Shown one piece after another: positions 51,201 through 58,843 of a stretch of DNA of 64,000 nucleotides. The notes under the pieces were generated by a model. The model searched no databases. It was not told the origin of the DNA and was given only the letters and a program-made list of their open reading frames with translations. Position numbers and translations under genes: made by a program. Position 1 is the first letter of the stretch. Each line of letters begins with the position of its first letter. Where the stretch lies: NCBI GenBank assembly GCA_900318175.1, contig ONJQ01000011.1:5373-69372 (forward strand), given 5' to 3'. Origin of the DNA: an uncultured Bacteroidales bacterium. Its GTDB lineage: Bacteria; Bacteroidota; Bacteroidia; Bacteroidales; P3.

Positions 51201-51357
51201 GACTATAGTGCGGGAAATAGGATGCGATTGTACTCAACGCATTGGGAAGATTCTTTTTGTTCAACCGCCATGCATCGAGCAACAGATTGTAATCGGGATC
51301 GGCAGCACACAAGGCTTCCAGATGCTTTTCGAGCGAATAGTTCTTAGTATCCAACAT
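48271..51357 (-). CDS. HD-domain phosphohydrolase fused to an Hsp90/MORC-type GHKL ATPase and a ~440-aa unassigned C-terminal region
   Basis: 1028 aa. The HD motifs are SRHDDSH (res 52-58) and GLTHDLGM (HD at 93-94), with RLGDLLD downstream. The GHKL N-box is REIVQNAMDA (E390/N394/D397). G1 is EDWGTG (463-467) and G2 is AAFGLGLQ (506-512). Residue numbers are from my own count. Confidence 0.85.
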   Translation of the reverse strand: MLDTKNYSLEKHLEALCAADPDYNLLLDAWRLNKKNLPNALSTIASYFPHYSRHDDSHSMTLLDNIQRLLGRDRVERLGPTDTFLILMAGLTHDLGMYMSYTFLEEEWDKPEMADLLTTYASSADKQISDAANLLLNRRLLPDDPAKGFKWALELRNAVTLIIAQQMRGGHGDRSKDYLNKKDDLFAKMAHDFYCDAFPSRYLSLLADVAHLHGANFGELMELPHEDDGLRGDKVHPRFIACMIRLGDLLDVDSNRFNDFTLSTLKEMPESSKAHFDKHQAVKHLLISPDGIEAELDCPTDASYRVTRELFDMLEKEVEKQSQNWNRIAPADLGGLPPVLHNDSIKIYYKGAKTRPELRNLRFDISSKRTFEMLKGGAIYKNPGRVFIREIVQNAMDATKLQIWKDMDYYFPYHLTNPERDIRSAADIKFASDVPQSIYERYPINLKVEYDEEKQVVRVVCEDWGTGISEESLIRMTSQVGASRKADRDYEAMVEKMPYFLQPTAAFGLGLQTVFYVANEFTVDTHYPGEPTRRIVFRSSVDGSFCSIEEENIDFKRPIPGTKQTKAVSHGTTVSIEIDTNHLGELFELDRDDLDELMKNMDSVPYYIVSKVEGYINRTFNSVENIPILYTSKYQTKVFGKEEKGDKYEFLSEEQHFRVGWKWDDYGRLLFQIEEKKFGSEVVVSFVGHKYKYHKQLYFRDIPLSSGIAAFARKWNLFCRQADKFVTISRDRLLPQGRDRLKKTWDVLSPDILRLVYPKLLEVCKEACENNDDNKHSLQRQYYGFCSGNWILPNPINVDYQPLDDYLLDETSCIKMDGSTVTAKELFEARKLVIFDSPGVDIKEEREKLRRNLLLSDFTLLCGDISLEYPESFVCSRIVTTGVHIAYAVETDVGTPQFVEIDTNDIKAYYGDYPYGLLYGLKEYKKIVVGKEYAPQLGYSISEYGNCWIYPMPVRNADYEDADGNEIEREEMRLKLEKGYIKELVPGYLVKLIQKYNVLKNDKLTEDEIYKEYIRLILDTHYGYSSPD

Positions 51358-51419
51358 TTTGTGAATCAGTTTAATAGAACAAAATCATTCTGTCATTGCC
51401 AAGAATAATACAGAATGCA

Positions 51420-51427
51420 AAGATAAC
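51420..51427 (-). promoter_or_regulatory. -7 box TATCTTTG (minus strand) with TTTG -33 element 20 nt upstream, driving the HD-GHKL gene
   Basis: The forward strand reads CAAAGATA at 51420-51427 and CAAA at 51448-51451. The box is 63 nt upstream of the ATG at 51357. Confidence 0.6.
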
Positions 51428-51577
51428 TTTATTTTTCCACATTTGCAAATCTTTTATCTTGGACAAACTTGAGCTCCCGAGCGAAACTGGTAACACACTG
51501 TGTGGCAACAGCGAAGGCGATTGTTGTCCACCAGCCATCCCACAGATGGGTCCTTGCTGGATGTCCGTTAGGGGTTG

Positions 51578-51685
51578 GTTCGGTCGTTGCAGGCTTGTTC
51601 TGGGATGTTCCTTAGTTCATTTGTCCTTCGTAGGAGGAACAAATGTTTAAGAACAATTAGAGAACTGACCTAAAAGGAGCGAAGG
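51578..51685. repeat. copy 2 of the ~110-bp imperfect palindromic element
   Basis: It contains GTTCGGTCGTTG .. TCATTTGTCC .. GGAACAAATG .. AAAGGAGCGAAGG. Aligned by eye with 12729-12840 (inverted) and 19532-19638 (inverted). Confidence 0.55.
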
Positions 51686-51793
51686 TGGAGCCTACGAGCC
51701 TTGCACCACAAGTTGGGCAAGGGAGCAGGTGCCAAAAAACAGCGAAGAAAGTACTAATATAAAAAAGAGTATGCATATATCAAAAAAAAAGTG

Positions 51794-51801
51794 TAAATTT
51801 G
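51794..51801 (+). promoter_or_regulatory. -7 box TAAATTTG upstream of arcC
   Basis: Exact TAnnTTTG match 61 nt before the ATG at 51862. Confidence 0.6.
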
Positions 51802-51861
51802 CACTTTCGAACGCTCTGCGTTGCGAAGTGTAACATTATCTAAACTAACAATATACAGAAA

Positions 51862-52797
51862 ATGAGAAAACTTGCTGTGGTGGCTTTTGGCGGCAATGCC
51901 CTGCTTCGTAGCGGCCAGAAAGGCACTTATCAGGAACAAATAGAGAATGTGGAACAGACTTGCGAGTCGCTGTACAATCTGCTGAAGCGCAACTATAACA
52001 TCGTCATCGGGCACGGCAACGGTCCCCAGGTGGGCAACGTGATGCTGCAGCACGAGGAGGGCAAGCGCGCCGGTATTGAGGCGATGCCGATGGACTTCTG
52101 CGTGGCAGAGACCCAGGGCTCCATTGCCTACCTCATCGAGATGGGTCTGCGCAATGTGATGGCCCGCCACGACATTCAGCGCGACGTGGTCACGTTGGTG
52201 ACTCAGGTGGCCGTGAACCAGTTCGACCCCATGTTCCAGAACCCCACCAAGCCCGTGGGCCCCTACTACACCAAGGAACAGGCCGAGGAGCTGGCCAAGA
52301 CAACGGGTGCCGTGTATAAGGAAGACCCCAAGGGTCGCGGCTGGCGCAAAGTGGTCGCTTCGCCCAAGCCCACGCGCATCAACAACATCAAGGTGGTGCA
52401 GGAGCTGGCCAAGGCCGGTCACATCGTTGTGACGGTTGGCGGCGGCGGCATCCCCGTGGTGGAGGAGAACGACTGCGTGCGCGGCGTCGAAGCCGTGATT
52501 GACAAGGACTTGGCCAGTGCCCTCTGCGCCGTGCAGATTGGTGCCGACGAGTTCTACATCCTCACCGATGTGCCCAAGGTGTACATCAATTTCCGCAAGG
52601 AGAATGAGCAGGCCCTTGATGTGATTACGGTGGCCCAGGCCAAGGAATATCTGGAGGCTGGCCATTTTGCCGAGGGCAGCATGGCTCCGAAAATCCGTGC
52701 AGCCATCATGTTCGTCGAGAACGGCGGCAAGGAGTGCATCATCACCGAGGCCGGCCAGCTGGACAACCCCAACTGCGGCACCCGCATAGTGCACTAA
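51862..52797 (+). CDS. arcC: carbamate kinase
   Basis: 311 aa. It contains MRKLAVVAFGGNAL, VIGHGNGPQVG and GGGGIPV, the amino-acid-kinase-fold motifs of ArcC. Confidence 0.92.
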   Translation: MRKLAVVAFGGNALLRSGQKGTYQEQIENVEQTCESLYNLLKRNYNIVIGHGNGPQVGNVMLQHEEGKRAGIEAMPMDFCVAETQGSIAYLIEMGLRNVMARHDIQRDVVTLVTQVAVNQFDPMFQNPTKPVGPYYTKEQAEELAKTTGAVYKEDPKGRGWRKVVASPKPTRINNIKVVQELAKAGHIVVTVGGGGIPVVEENDCVRGVEAVIDKDLASALCAVQIGADEFYILTDVPKVYINFRKENEQALDVITVAQAKEYLEAGHFAEGSMAPKIRAAIMFVENGGKECIITEAGQLDNPNCGTRIVH

Positions 52798-52856
52798 CAG
52801 TTTCGGATTACTCAGAATAATCAGAATACTCCGATTACTCAGAATATTGCATAATC

Positions 52857-53276
52857 ATGAACCCAATCACCGACTCACCCAAGTTCAGACCTTTCATGCT
52901 GAAGTTGGCCCTTATGGGCGCCGCACTGCTGCTGGTGGCCTTGGTGCTGACCTTGGCGGGTGTCCACTACAACGATGCCCTGCTCACCGTAGGCTTCGGA
53001 GTGTTGGCAGTTGTGGCATTCTTTCTGGGACAGATGTTTCCCGGCACCAATCGCGTCGGAGCACCCATCTGGAAGTTTGCGATGACACTCACCGGATACT
53101 CGCTTGCGGCTGCCCTGATAGGGGTGCTGTTCATCATTATGCATTGGCCTGGCGGCGATAAGATGATGATTCTCGGCATCGGCTGCTTGGCTGTCTGTGC
53201 AATCGCATGGTTGGTGTATTTACTCTACTATAAAAAGAACAAAGACATTCAAACATTTGAAGAAGACAACAATTAA
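52857..53276 (+). CDS. hypothetical four-TM membrane protein between arcC and the carbamoyltransferase gene
   Basis: 139 aa with four hydrophobic segments. No family was recognised. Confidence 0.6.
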   Translation: MNPITDSPKFRPFMLKLALMGAALLLVALVLTLAGVHYNDALLTVGFGVLAVVAFFLGQMFPGTNRVGAPIWKFAMTLTGYSLAAALIGVLFIIMHWPGGDKMMILGIGCLAVCAIAWLVYLLYYKKNKDIQTFEEDNN

Positions 53277-53295
53277 TTATTTAAACAACAATAAC

Positions 53296-54297
53296 ATGGC
53301 TTACAATTTAAGAAACCGCAATTTTCTGAAGATTTTAGACTTCAGCCCCAAGGAACTCAACTATCTGCTCGACCTGGCTCGCGACCTGAAACGCGCCAAG
53401 TATACCGGCACCGAGCAGCCCACTTTGAAGGGTAAGAACATCGCCCTGATTTTCGAGAAGACCTCCACCCGCACCCGCTGCGCCTTCGAGGTTGGTGCAA
53501 AAGACCAGGGTGCTCACGTCACCTATCTGGGCCCCACCGGCAGCCAGATCGGCGTGAAGGAGAGCATGAAGGACACCGCCCGTGTGCTGGGTCGCATGTT
53601 CGACGGCATCGAGTACCGTGGCTTCAAGCAGGAGACTGTTGAGGAGCTGGCCAAATACGCTGGCGTCCCCGTGTGGAACGGCCTGACCAACGAGAGCCAT
53701 CCCACGCAGATTCTCGCCGACTTCCTCACCATGCAGGAGCATGCCGGCAAACCCCTCGATCAGGTGACCTTCGCCTACGTTGGCGATGCCCGCTTCAACA
53801 TGGGCAACAGCCTGATGGTTGGTGGTGCCAAGATGGGCATGGATGTGCGCATCATCGCCCCCAAGAAACTGCAACCCGAAGCTTGGCTGATTGAGAAATG
53901 CCAGGAGATTGCCAAAGAGACCGGCGCCAAGGTGACCGTCACCGACGACCCCGTGGCCGGCGTGAAGGGCTGCGACTTCATCTACACCGACGTTTGGGTG
54001 AGCATGGGCGAACCCGCCGAGGTATGGAAAGAGCGCATCGACATGCTGATGCCCTACCAGGTGAACGCTGAAATGATGAAGAACACCGGCAACCCCAAGT
54101 GCAAATTCATGCACTGCCTGCCCGCTTACCACAACCTGGAGACCCAGGTGGGCCGCGACGTGAACAAGCAGTTCGGTCTGGACGGCATCGAGGTGACCGA
54201 GGATGTCTTCGAGAGCGAGAACAGCATCGTCTTCGACGAGGCCGAGAACCGCATGCACACCATCAAGGCCGTCATGGTTGCCACTCTGGGCGACTAA
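53296..54297 (+). CDS. argF: ornithine carbamoyltransferase
   Basis: The start is [11 protein letters not shown] at 53296. It contains STRTRCAFE (carbamoyl-P site), SHPTQ, DVWVSMG (ornithine site) and HCLPA. Confidence 0.92.
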   Translation: MAYNLRNRNFLKILDFSPKELNYLLDLARDLKRAKYTGTEQPTLKGKNIALIFEKTSTRTRCAFEVGAKDQGAHVTYLGPTGSQIGVKESMKDTARVLGRMFDGIEYRGFKQETVEELAKYAGVPVWNGLTNESHPTQILADFLTMQEHAGKPLDQVTFAYVGDARFNMGNSLMVGGAKMGMDVRIIAPKKLQPEAWLIEKCQEIAKETGAKVTVTDDPVAGVKGCDFIYTDVWVSMGEPAEVWKERIDMLMPYQVNAEMMKNTGNPKCKFMHCLPAYHNLETQVGRDVNKQFGLDGIEVTEDVFESENSIVFDEAENRMHTIKAVMVATLGD

Positions 54298-54310
54298 TGA
54301 ATTGAAAAGG

Positions 54311-54375
54311 GAAAATTGAAAATTGAAATGAGGCGACCCTACTGGCGACCCGTTTCAATTTTCAATTTTCTCTTT
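54311..54375 (+). terminator. long hairpin with 18-bp perfect arms (GAAAATTGAAAATTGAAA / TTTCAATTTTCAATTTTC) after the carbamoyltransferase gene
   Basis: Read directly from the sequence. The arms themselves consist of tandem GAAAATT units. Confidence 0.7.
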
Positions 54376-54608
54376 ACACACATCCCCTCCCCAATTCTTC
54401 ATCATTAATTATTAAAATGGTTATCCGCAATGTCCCGAACAAGCCTCAAAGAGGCTTAATCTCAATAACCCTTGACAAGAAAAGCTTTGATTTTCGCAGT
54501 CAGAGGATGGAGAGCAACGCTCTTTTTGTGTCTTGGAGAGACGCGATTTTGCTCTTCGACAGAATGCGGATGGTCATGTCTTTTTAACCATTAATTTCGA
54601 TTCAAACT

Positions 54609-55805
54609 ATGTGGTTTACTAATTTACTCACCAACGGCGGCGTCGGTACTACTGTCCTGATGCTTGCCATCTCCATTTTCTTAGGACTGCTGTTAGGCAA
54701 AATTAAGGTGAAGGGCATCACCCTGGGCATCACCTGGGTGCTCTTTGTCGGCATTGGCCTGAGTGCAGTCGGTGTGGCCTGCAACCACGACATGCTGCAC
54801 ATCATCAAGGAATTCGGTCTTATCCTCTTCGTCACCGCCGTGGGTCTGCAGGTGGGACCCGGATTCTTCCGCTCATTCAAGAAGGGCGGCCTGGCCATGA
54901 ACATCATGGCATTGGTGAATGTGGCCTTGGGCGTGGGCATCACGGTGATTATCGCCAAGATGGCCAACCAGGAGCTGACGGACATGGCCGGTGTATACAC
55001 TGGAGCCATCACCAACACCCCGGGCCTCTCGGCCGCACAACAGGCCGTGGGCGACCTCGGCATCGAGGGTGCTTCGGAGCGGTTGGCTGCGGGCTATGCC
55101 GTCGCCTATCCCCTGGCCGTGGTGGGCATGATTGTTTCCTGCCTGCTGCTGCGCTGGTTCTGCCGCATCGACCTGAAGAAAGAGCCCACCGAAGAAGGTC
55201 AGACCAGTCAGACTAGTCAGACAAGTCAGACAGGTCAGCCTTCCAAGAAAGGCGGTATCCTGCTCATCCCCATCTTCATCATCATCGCCCTCGGTATCGT
55301 GCTCGGCTCCATCCCCATTCCCGTGGGAATGAAAGCCCCCGTCAAGCTGGGACTGGCCGGCGGCCCGCTGGTAGTGGCGCTTATTGCGGGATGGCTTGGT
55401 GTGAAGAAAGGCTGGTACACCACCGATTTCACTGACGGTCAGGGCGTGCACATGCTGCGCGAAGTGGGCATTGCCCTCTTTCTGGCAGGCGTGGGACTGG
55501 GTGCCGGACAGGCTTTCGTGGCCACCGTGCAGACACACTATATGTGGGTGGTCTACGGTGTCATCATCACCATGGTGCCCCCCATCCTCGTCACCCTTTT
55601 CGGCCGACTGGTGCTGCACCTCAACTACTACACCCTTATGGGCTTCATCGGCGGCTCGCACACCGACCCGCCCACCCTGGCCTTCGCCAACAATGTAGCC
55701 CCCGAAGGGTGCAAACTGCCCAACACCGGCTATGCCACCGTCTACCCCCTCACCATGTTCCTGCGTATCTTCACCGCGCAGCTGCTGGTGCTCATGGCCA
55801 TTTAG
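54609..55805 (+). CDS. AspT/YidE/YbjL-family transporter (duplicated Asp-Al_Ex domains) lacking the usual central RCK_C/TrkA_C domains
   Basis: 398 aa with two homologous 5-6 TM halves. They are joined by a short linker, EEGQTSQTSQTSQTGQPSKKG, encoded by a 9-bp microsatellite at 55200-55235. The gene ends in TAG. Confidence 0.75.
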   Translation: MWFTNLLTNGGVGTTVLMLAISIFLGLLLGKIKVKGITLGITWVLFVGIGLSAVGVACNHDMLHIIKEFGLILFVTAVGLQVGPGFFRSFKKGGLAMNIMALVNVALGVGITVIIAKMANQELTDMAGVYTGAITNTPGLSAAQQAVGDLGIEGASERLAAGYAVAYPLAVVGMIVSCLLLRWFCRIDLKKEPTEEGQTSQTSQTSQTGQPSKKGGILLIPIFIIIALGIVLGSIPIPVGMKAPVKLGLAGGPLVVALIAGWLGVKKGWYTTDFTDGQGVHMLREVGIALFLAGVGLGAGQAFVATVQTHYMWVVYGVIITMVPPILVTLFGRLVLHLNYYTLMGFIGGSHTDPPTLAFANNVAPEGCKLPNTGYATVYPLTMFLRIFTAQLLVLMAI

Positions 55806-55843
55806 CGACAGATTATTTTTTACCCCACAAAACCCAAAGAACA

Positions 55844-56401
55844 ATGAAAAAAATCCTCATCGCCATTGCAATGCTCTGCATCGCACTGCCCCTGTGGGCA
55901 CAGACTCCCGTTTTGAACACCACCAAGAATGCCCCCAAGGCTAAAAAGGAGGCCAAGAAAGAGGAGCGCAAAGACACCAAAGAGATGGAAAAGCCCTACG
56001 ACGAGAAAATCAACGCCATGGAGCAGATTGACAAAGCCCTGGAGCAAATCCGAGGCACCCACCGGCTGCTCATTTGCCAGGTGGGCGGCAACTGGTGCCC
56101 GTGGTGCCTCAAGTTCAACAAATTCATCAACGAGGACAAGGAAATCTCCCAGTTTGTGGCTGACAATTTCGTCTACATCCACGTCAATACCTCGAAAGCC
56201 AACAAGAACTACGAAGCCATGAAACGCCTCGGCAACCCTGGCCGTTTCGGCTACCCCGCCCTTGTTGTGCTCAACGAGGAAGGCAGAGTGCTGCATATCC
56301 AAAACAGCGCCTACCTTGAAGACGGGCAGAGCTACGACCGCAAAAAGGTCCTCGCCTTCTTCCAGAACTGGACCCGCGAAGCCATCGACAACATCAAGTA
56401 A
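55844..56401 (+). CDS. periplasmic thioredoxin-fold protein (WCPWC active site)
   Basis: It has the signal peptide MKKILIAIAMLCIALPLWAQ and a Lys/Glu-rich spacer. The redox motif is GGNWCPWC. Confidence 0.8.
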   Translation: MKKILIAIAMLCIALPLWAQTPVLNTTKNAPKAKKEAKKEERKDTKEMEKPYDEKINAMEQIDKALEQIRGTHRLLICQVGGNWCPWCLKFNKFINEDKEISQFVADNFVYIHVNTSKANKNYEAMKRLGNPGRFGYPALVVLNEEGRVLHIQNSAYLEDGQSYDRKKVLAFFQNWTREAIDNIK

Positions 56402-56428
56402 ACGGATGTGAATGTGTCGACGTGTTAA

Positions 56429-56734
56429 TACTACGAATCTGGTGGCATTGACATAAATGGTGCTTCTTATGGAGCGTCATATTATGATGGTAAAATCAAT
56501 ATGAGTCTACGGAGAGGTAGCGGACTGACCTTCACTTTTAATGTTGGATCTATTTCCAGAGTTGAAATCATTTGTGATCATATTGATTTTACCGCGCCCT
56601 CTGGGTGGTCATGGAATTCCGATGACCATAAGTTGATATGGACTGGCACTCCGAGTGCTTCAGTAAGTCTATATACTGGAGCAACAAGCGCAATCTACGA
56701 TATTACGTCTATCGAGTTCACCATGGATAATTAA
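56429..56734 (+). pseudogene. 3' remnant of a surface-protein-like gene (open frame with no credible start; the only ATG is at 56501)
   Basis: The frame is open from the TAA at 56426-56428. The translation ..YYESGGIDINGASYGASYYDGKINMSLRRGSGLTFTF..IEFTMDN looks like a C-terminal beta-sandwich fragment, and the segment is AT-rich. Confidence 0.4.
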
Positions 56735-56753
56735 ACAGCATTCCACCGATAAA

Positions 56754-56795
56754 GACGAAAAAAGCCCTGTCGAATTCGGCAGGGCTTTTTTCGTC
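56754..56795. terminator. bidirectional terminator: 16-bp-arm palindrome GACGAAAAAAGCCCTG..CAGGGCTTTTTTCGTC
   Basis: Read directly from the sequence. A GC core is flanked by A6 and T6. Confidence 0.8.
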
Positions 56796-56843
56796 CTTTC
56801 ATTACAGTTATAGGGGTCTTCTATAAACCACCCCCTTGGGGGT

Positions 56844-56955
56844 GAGCTATGAATAACACCCCACTTCAACCCCACCCCTGCCGCCTTCGGGCTGGCAGGG
56901 ATTTCTTTTTCTTGTTATGTCGGGAAAAATGTGTATCTTTGCAAACTGAAAGGAG
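56844..56955 (+). repeat. cassette-junction module copy A: hairpin (CCCTGCCGCC TTCG GGCTGGCAGGG) + T-tract + promoter (-7 TATCTTTG at 56934-56941) + AAAGGAG
   Basis: The 47-bp core GGGATTTCTTTTTCTTGTTATGTCGGGAAAAATGTGTATCTTTGCAA is identical in copies A, B and C. Confidence 0.85.
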
Positions 56956-56961
56956 TATATT

Positions 56962-57138
56962 ATGGACACAATGGAATGTACTACAAATCCAACCACAAAA
57001 GTACCTCTTCGTACACCTTCACCATCGCGCGATGTACGCGTCGAGATGACTAAAACGCCAGAAGAAGAACTGATGACGGAGGAGGAATACTTCGGCATAT
57101 TAAGAAAGAGGGTGAACGAGTATTATGACATCCTATAA
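56962..57138 (+). CDS. orphan small ORF (58 aa) in the first cassette
   Basis: My translation is MDTMECTTNPTTKVPLRTPSPSRDVRVEMTKTPEEELMTEEEYFGILRKRVNEYYDIL. The ATG lies 6 nt after the module's AAAGGAG. It is too short for the ORF track. Confidence 0.4.
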   Translation: MDTMECTTNPTTKVPLRTPSPSRDVRVEMTKTPEEELMTEEEYFGILRKRVNEYYDIL

Positions 57139-57141
57139 GAT

Positions 57142-57238
57142 GTGCTAAGCACCCATCTATTTGATCTATTCCCTGCTGGTCTATGCTGGCGGGGATTTCT
57201 TTTTCTTGTTATGTCGGGAAAAATGTGTATCTTTGCAA
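57142..57238 (+). repeat. cassette-junction module copy B (hairpin CCCTGCTGG..CTGGCGGGG + T-tract + promoter, -7 box 57228-57235)
   Basis: It shares the 47-bp identical core. Identity ends right after TTTGCAA. Confidence 0.85.
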
Positions 57239-57319
57239 CGTCAAACACCCCATAGTCCGCAAGGGTGAGAGGTGGGCGACAGGACATATAGATAATACAT
57301 AAAAAAAGGAGAAAACACC

Positions 57320-57556
57320 ATGTGTACATATAGCATTACATTGAACGACATGTTGATTGAAAAGGCACGTCCTGCGTTTGCCGATGAGAATGCATTGCAA
57401 CAATGGTTGCAAGAACAGGTATCTATCGCATTGGAAAAGTATATCGAAAATACCGAGTCTGAGCAACATGTGATGGTGAAAGAAAGTCTGACGAAGGCCT
57501 TCAATGAGTTGCATACGGGTCAGGCAAAGAGGAACGCGCGCCAGTTGTTTTCATAA
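57320..57556 (+). CDS. putative antitoxin of the RelE/ParE-type toxin (assigned by position and size)
   Basis: 78 aa, preceded by AAAGGAG. It ends 13 nt before the toxin start. Confidence 0.6.
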   Translation: MCTYSITLNDMLIEKARPAFADENALQQWLQEQVSIALEKYIENTESEQHVMVKESLTKAFNELHTGQAKRNARQLFS

Positions 57557-57569
57557 ATCATCATTGGCA

Positions 57570-57911
57570 ATGTCTGTAACATTTGACTATCTGCCCGAAT
57601 TCGAAAGGCGGGCAAAATCGTTGGAAAAGAAATACAAATCTTTCAAATCTGACTACCTGGCCTTTCTTGATGCTTTAGAAGAAAATCCTTATAGTGGAGA
57701 GCCGCTCGGGCACAACACATACAAATATCGAATGTCCATTGCCTCAAAGGGAAAAGGTAAAAGTGGAGGCGCAAGAGTGATAACATACAATATTCAGCAA
57801 GCCAACGAAGATATTTTTATTACGCTGATGTCCATCTATGACAAGTCCGAAATTAGCAATGTGTCTGATGCCTACTTGCGACAACTAATACAAACAATCG
57901 AAAGGGAATGA
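57570..57911 (+). CDS. type II toxin, RelE/ParE superfamily
   Basis: The start is MSVTFDYLPEFERRAK (113 aa). KGKGKSGGARVITY is the characteristic GKSGG(Y/A)RVI motif of this toxin group. Confidence 0.82.
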   Translation: MSVTFDYLPEFERRAKSLEKKYKSFKSDYLAFLDALEENPYSGEPLGHNTYKYRMSIASKGKGKSGGARVITYNIQQANEDIFITLMSIYDKSEISNVSDAYLRQLIQTIERE

Positions 57912-57968
57912 TTACTAAACAGAAAAGTATGAGTAACATGACATAAAGGAACATAATAAACATACTTT

Positions 57969-58077
57969 GAGCTAACCGCTCATTTCTTCAACCCTATTCC
58001 CTGCTGGTCTATGCTGGCGGGGATTTCTTTTTCTTGTTATGTCGGGAAAAATGTGTATCTTTGCAAACTGAAAGGAG
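57969..58077 (+). repeat. cassette-junction module copy C (full length, -7 box 58056-58063, ends in AAAGGAG)
   Basis: It begins GAGCTAACCGCTCATTTCTTCAACCCTATT, then has the same hairpin and core as copy B and the same 3' end as copy A. Confidence 0.85.
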
Positions 58078-58079
58078 AC

Positions 58080-58367
58080 ATGAAAATGAGTACTGCAACG
58101 TATAGCAATCCGGCAATGAACAATCTTTGGAACTATATTCAAGGATTGTCTCTTTCTGCCAGTGACCGCCAATGGCTTGCCGATAGGCTTGTTGAGAAGA
58201 CAGATGAACAGCAGGCGGCAAAGTCCGAGGAAGAGCTGGTATTCCCACACTTCGACGACGGCTTTGTACCATCCGAAAGCCTTCTATCCATGGTGTTAGG
58301 ACCACTGCCTGAAGGGTTTGACATTGACAAAGAACTTGAACTAATGTGGGAGGAACGAGCCAAATGA
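58080..58367 (+). CDS. putative antitoxin of the PIN toxin (assigned by position)
   Basis: The start is MKMSTATYSN at 58080 (95 aa). Its stop overlaps the toxin start (ATGA). Confidence 0.6.
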   Translation: MKMSTATYSNPAMNNLWNYIQGLSLSASDRQWLADRLVEKTDEQQAAKSEEELVFPHFDDGFVPSESLLSMVLGPLPEGFDIDKELELMWEERAK

Positions 58368-58777
58368 AAGTGTTTCTCGACACAAATGTTGTTATTGACT
58401 TCATCTGTAAAAGAGAGCCATTTTTTACGGATGCAAAGAACATTTTTGTCATGCACGAAAGAGGGGAAATTGAATGCAGTGTTTCTGCTCTCACCATCAT
58501 CAATTGTGCATATATCATGCGCAAAGTATTTGACAAAAATGAAGTATTACGGGTTGTTGGACTATTGTGTAAAAGGTTTGATGTATCTGCTATAAACAAG
58601 TCAATCATAATGGATGCCGTCAAAAAACAGTCTTACGACTTTGAAGACACCGTACAATACCTTTCAGCATTGCCATACCAGCCAGACGTAATCCTTACTC
58701 GCGACAAGAAAGGCTTTGCCGATTTGGGCATATTGGTGATGACCCCTACCGAATTTGTTGCAAGGAGCCGAATGTAA
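58364..58777 (+). CDS. PIN-domain (VapC-like) toxin
   Basis: MKVFLDTNVVIDF (first acidic residue), ..DFEDTVQY.. and ILTRDKKGF give the PIN acidic quartet pattern. The protein is 137 aa. Confidence 0.82.
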   Translation: MKVFLDTNVVIDFICKREPFFTDAKNIFVMHERGEIECSVSALTIINCAYIMRKVFDKNEVLRVVGLLCKRFDVSAINKSIIMDAVKKQSYDFEDTVQYLSALPYQPDVILTRDKKGFADLGILVMTPTEFVARSRM

Positions 58778-58843
58778 TATTGTTCAAATAGAATAACTCA
58801 CAAAAACCAACTATGTAGACAGAAGAAATAGTATCACATAATT

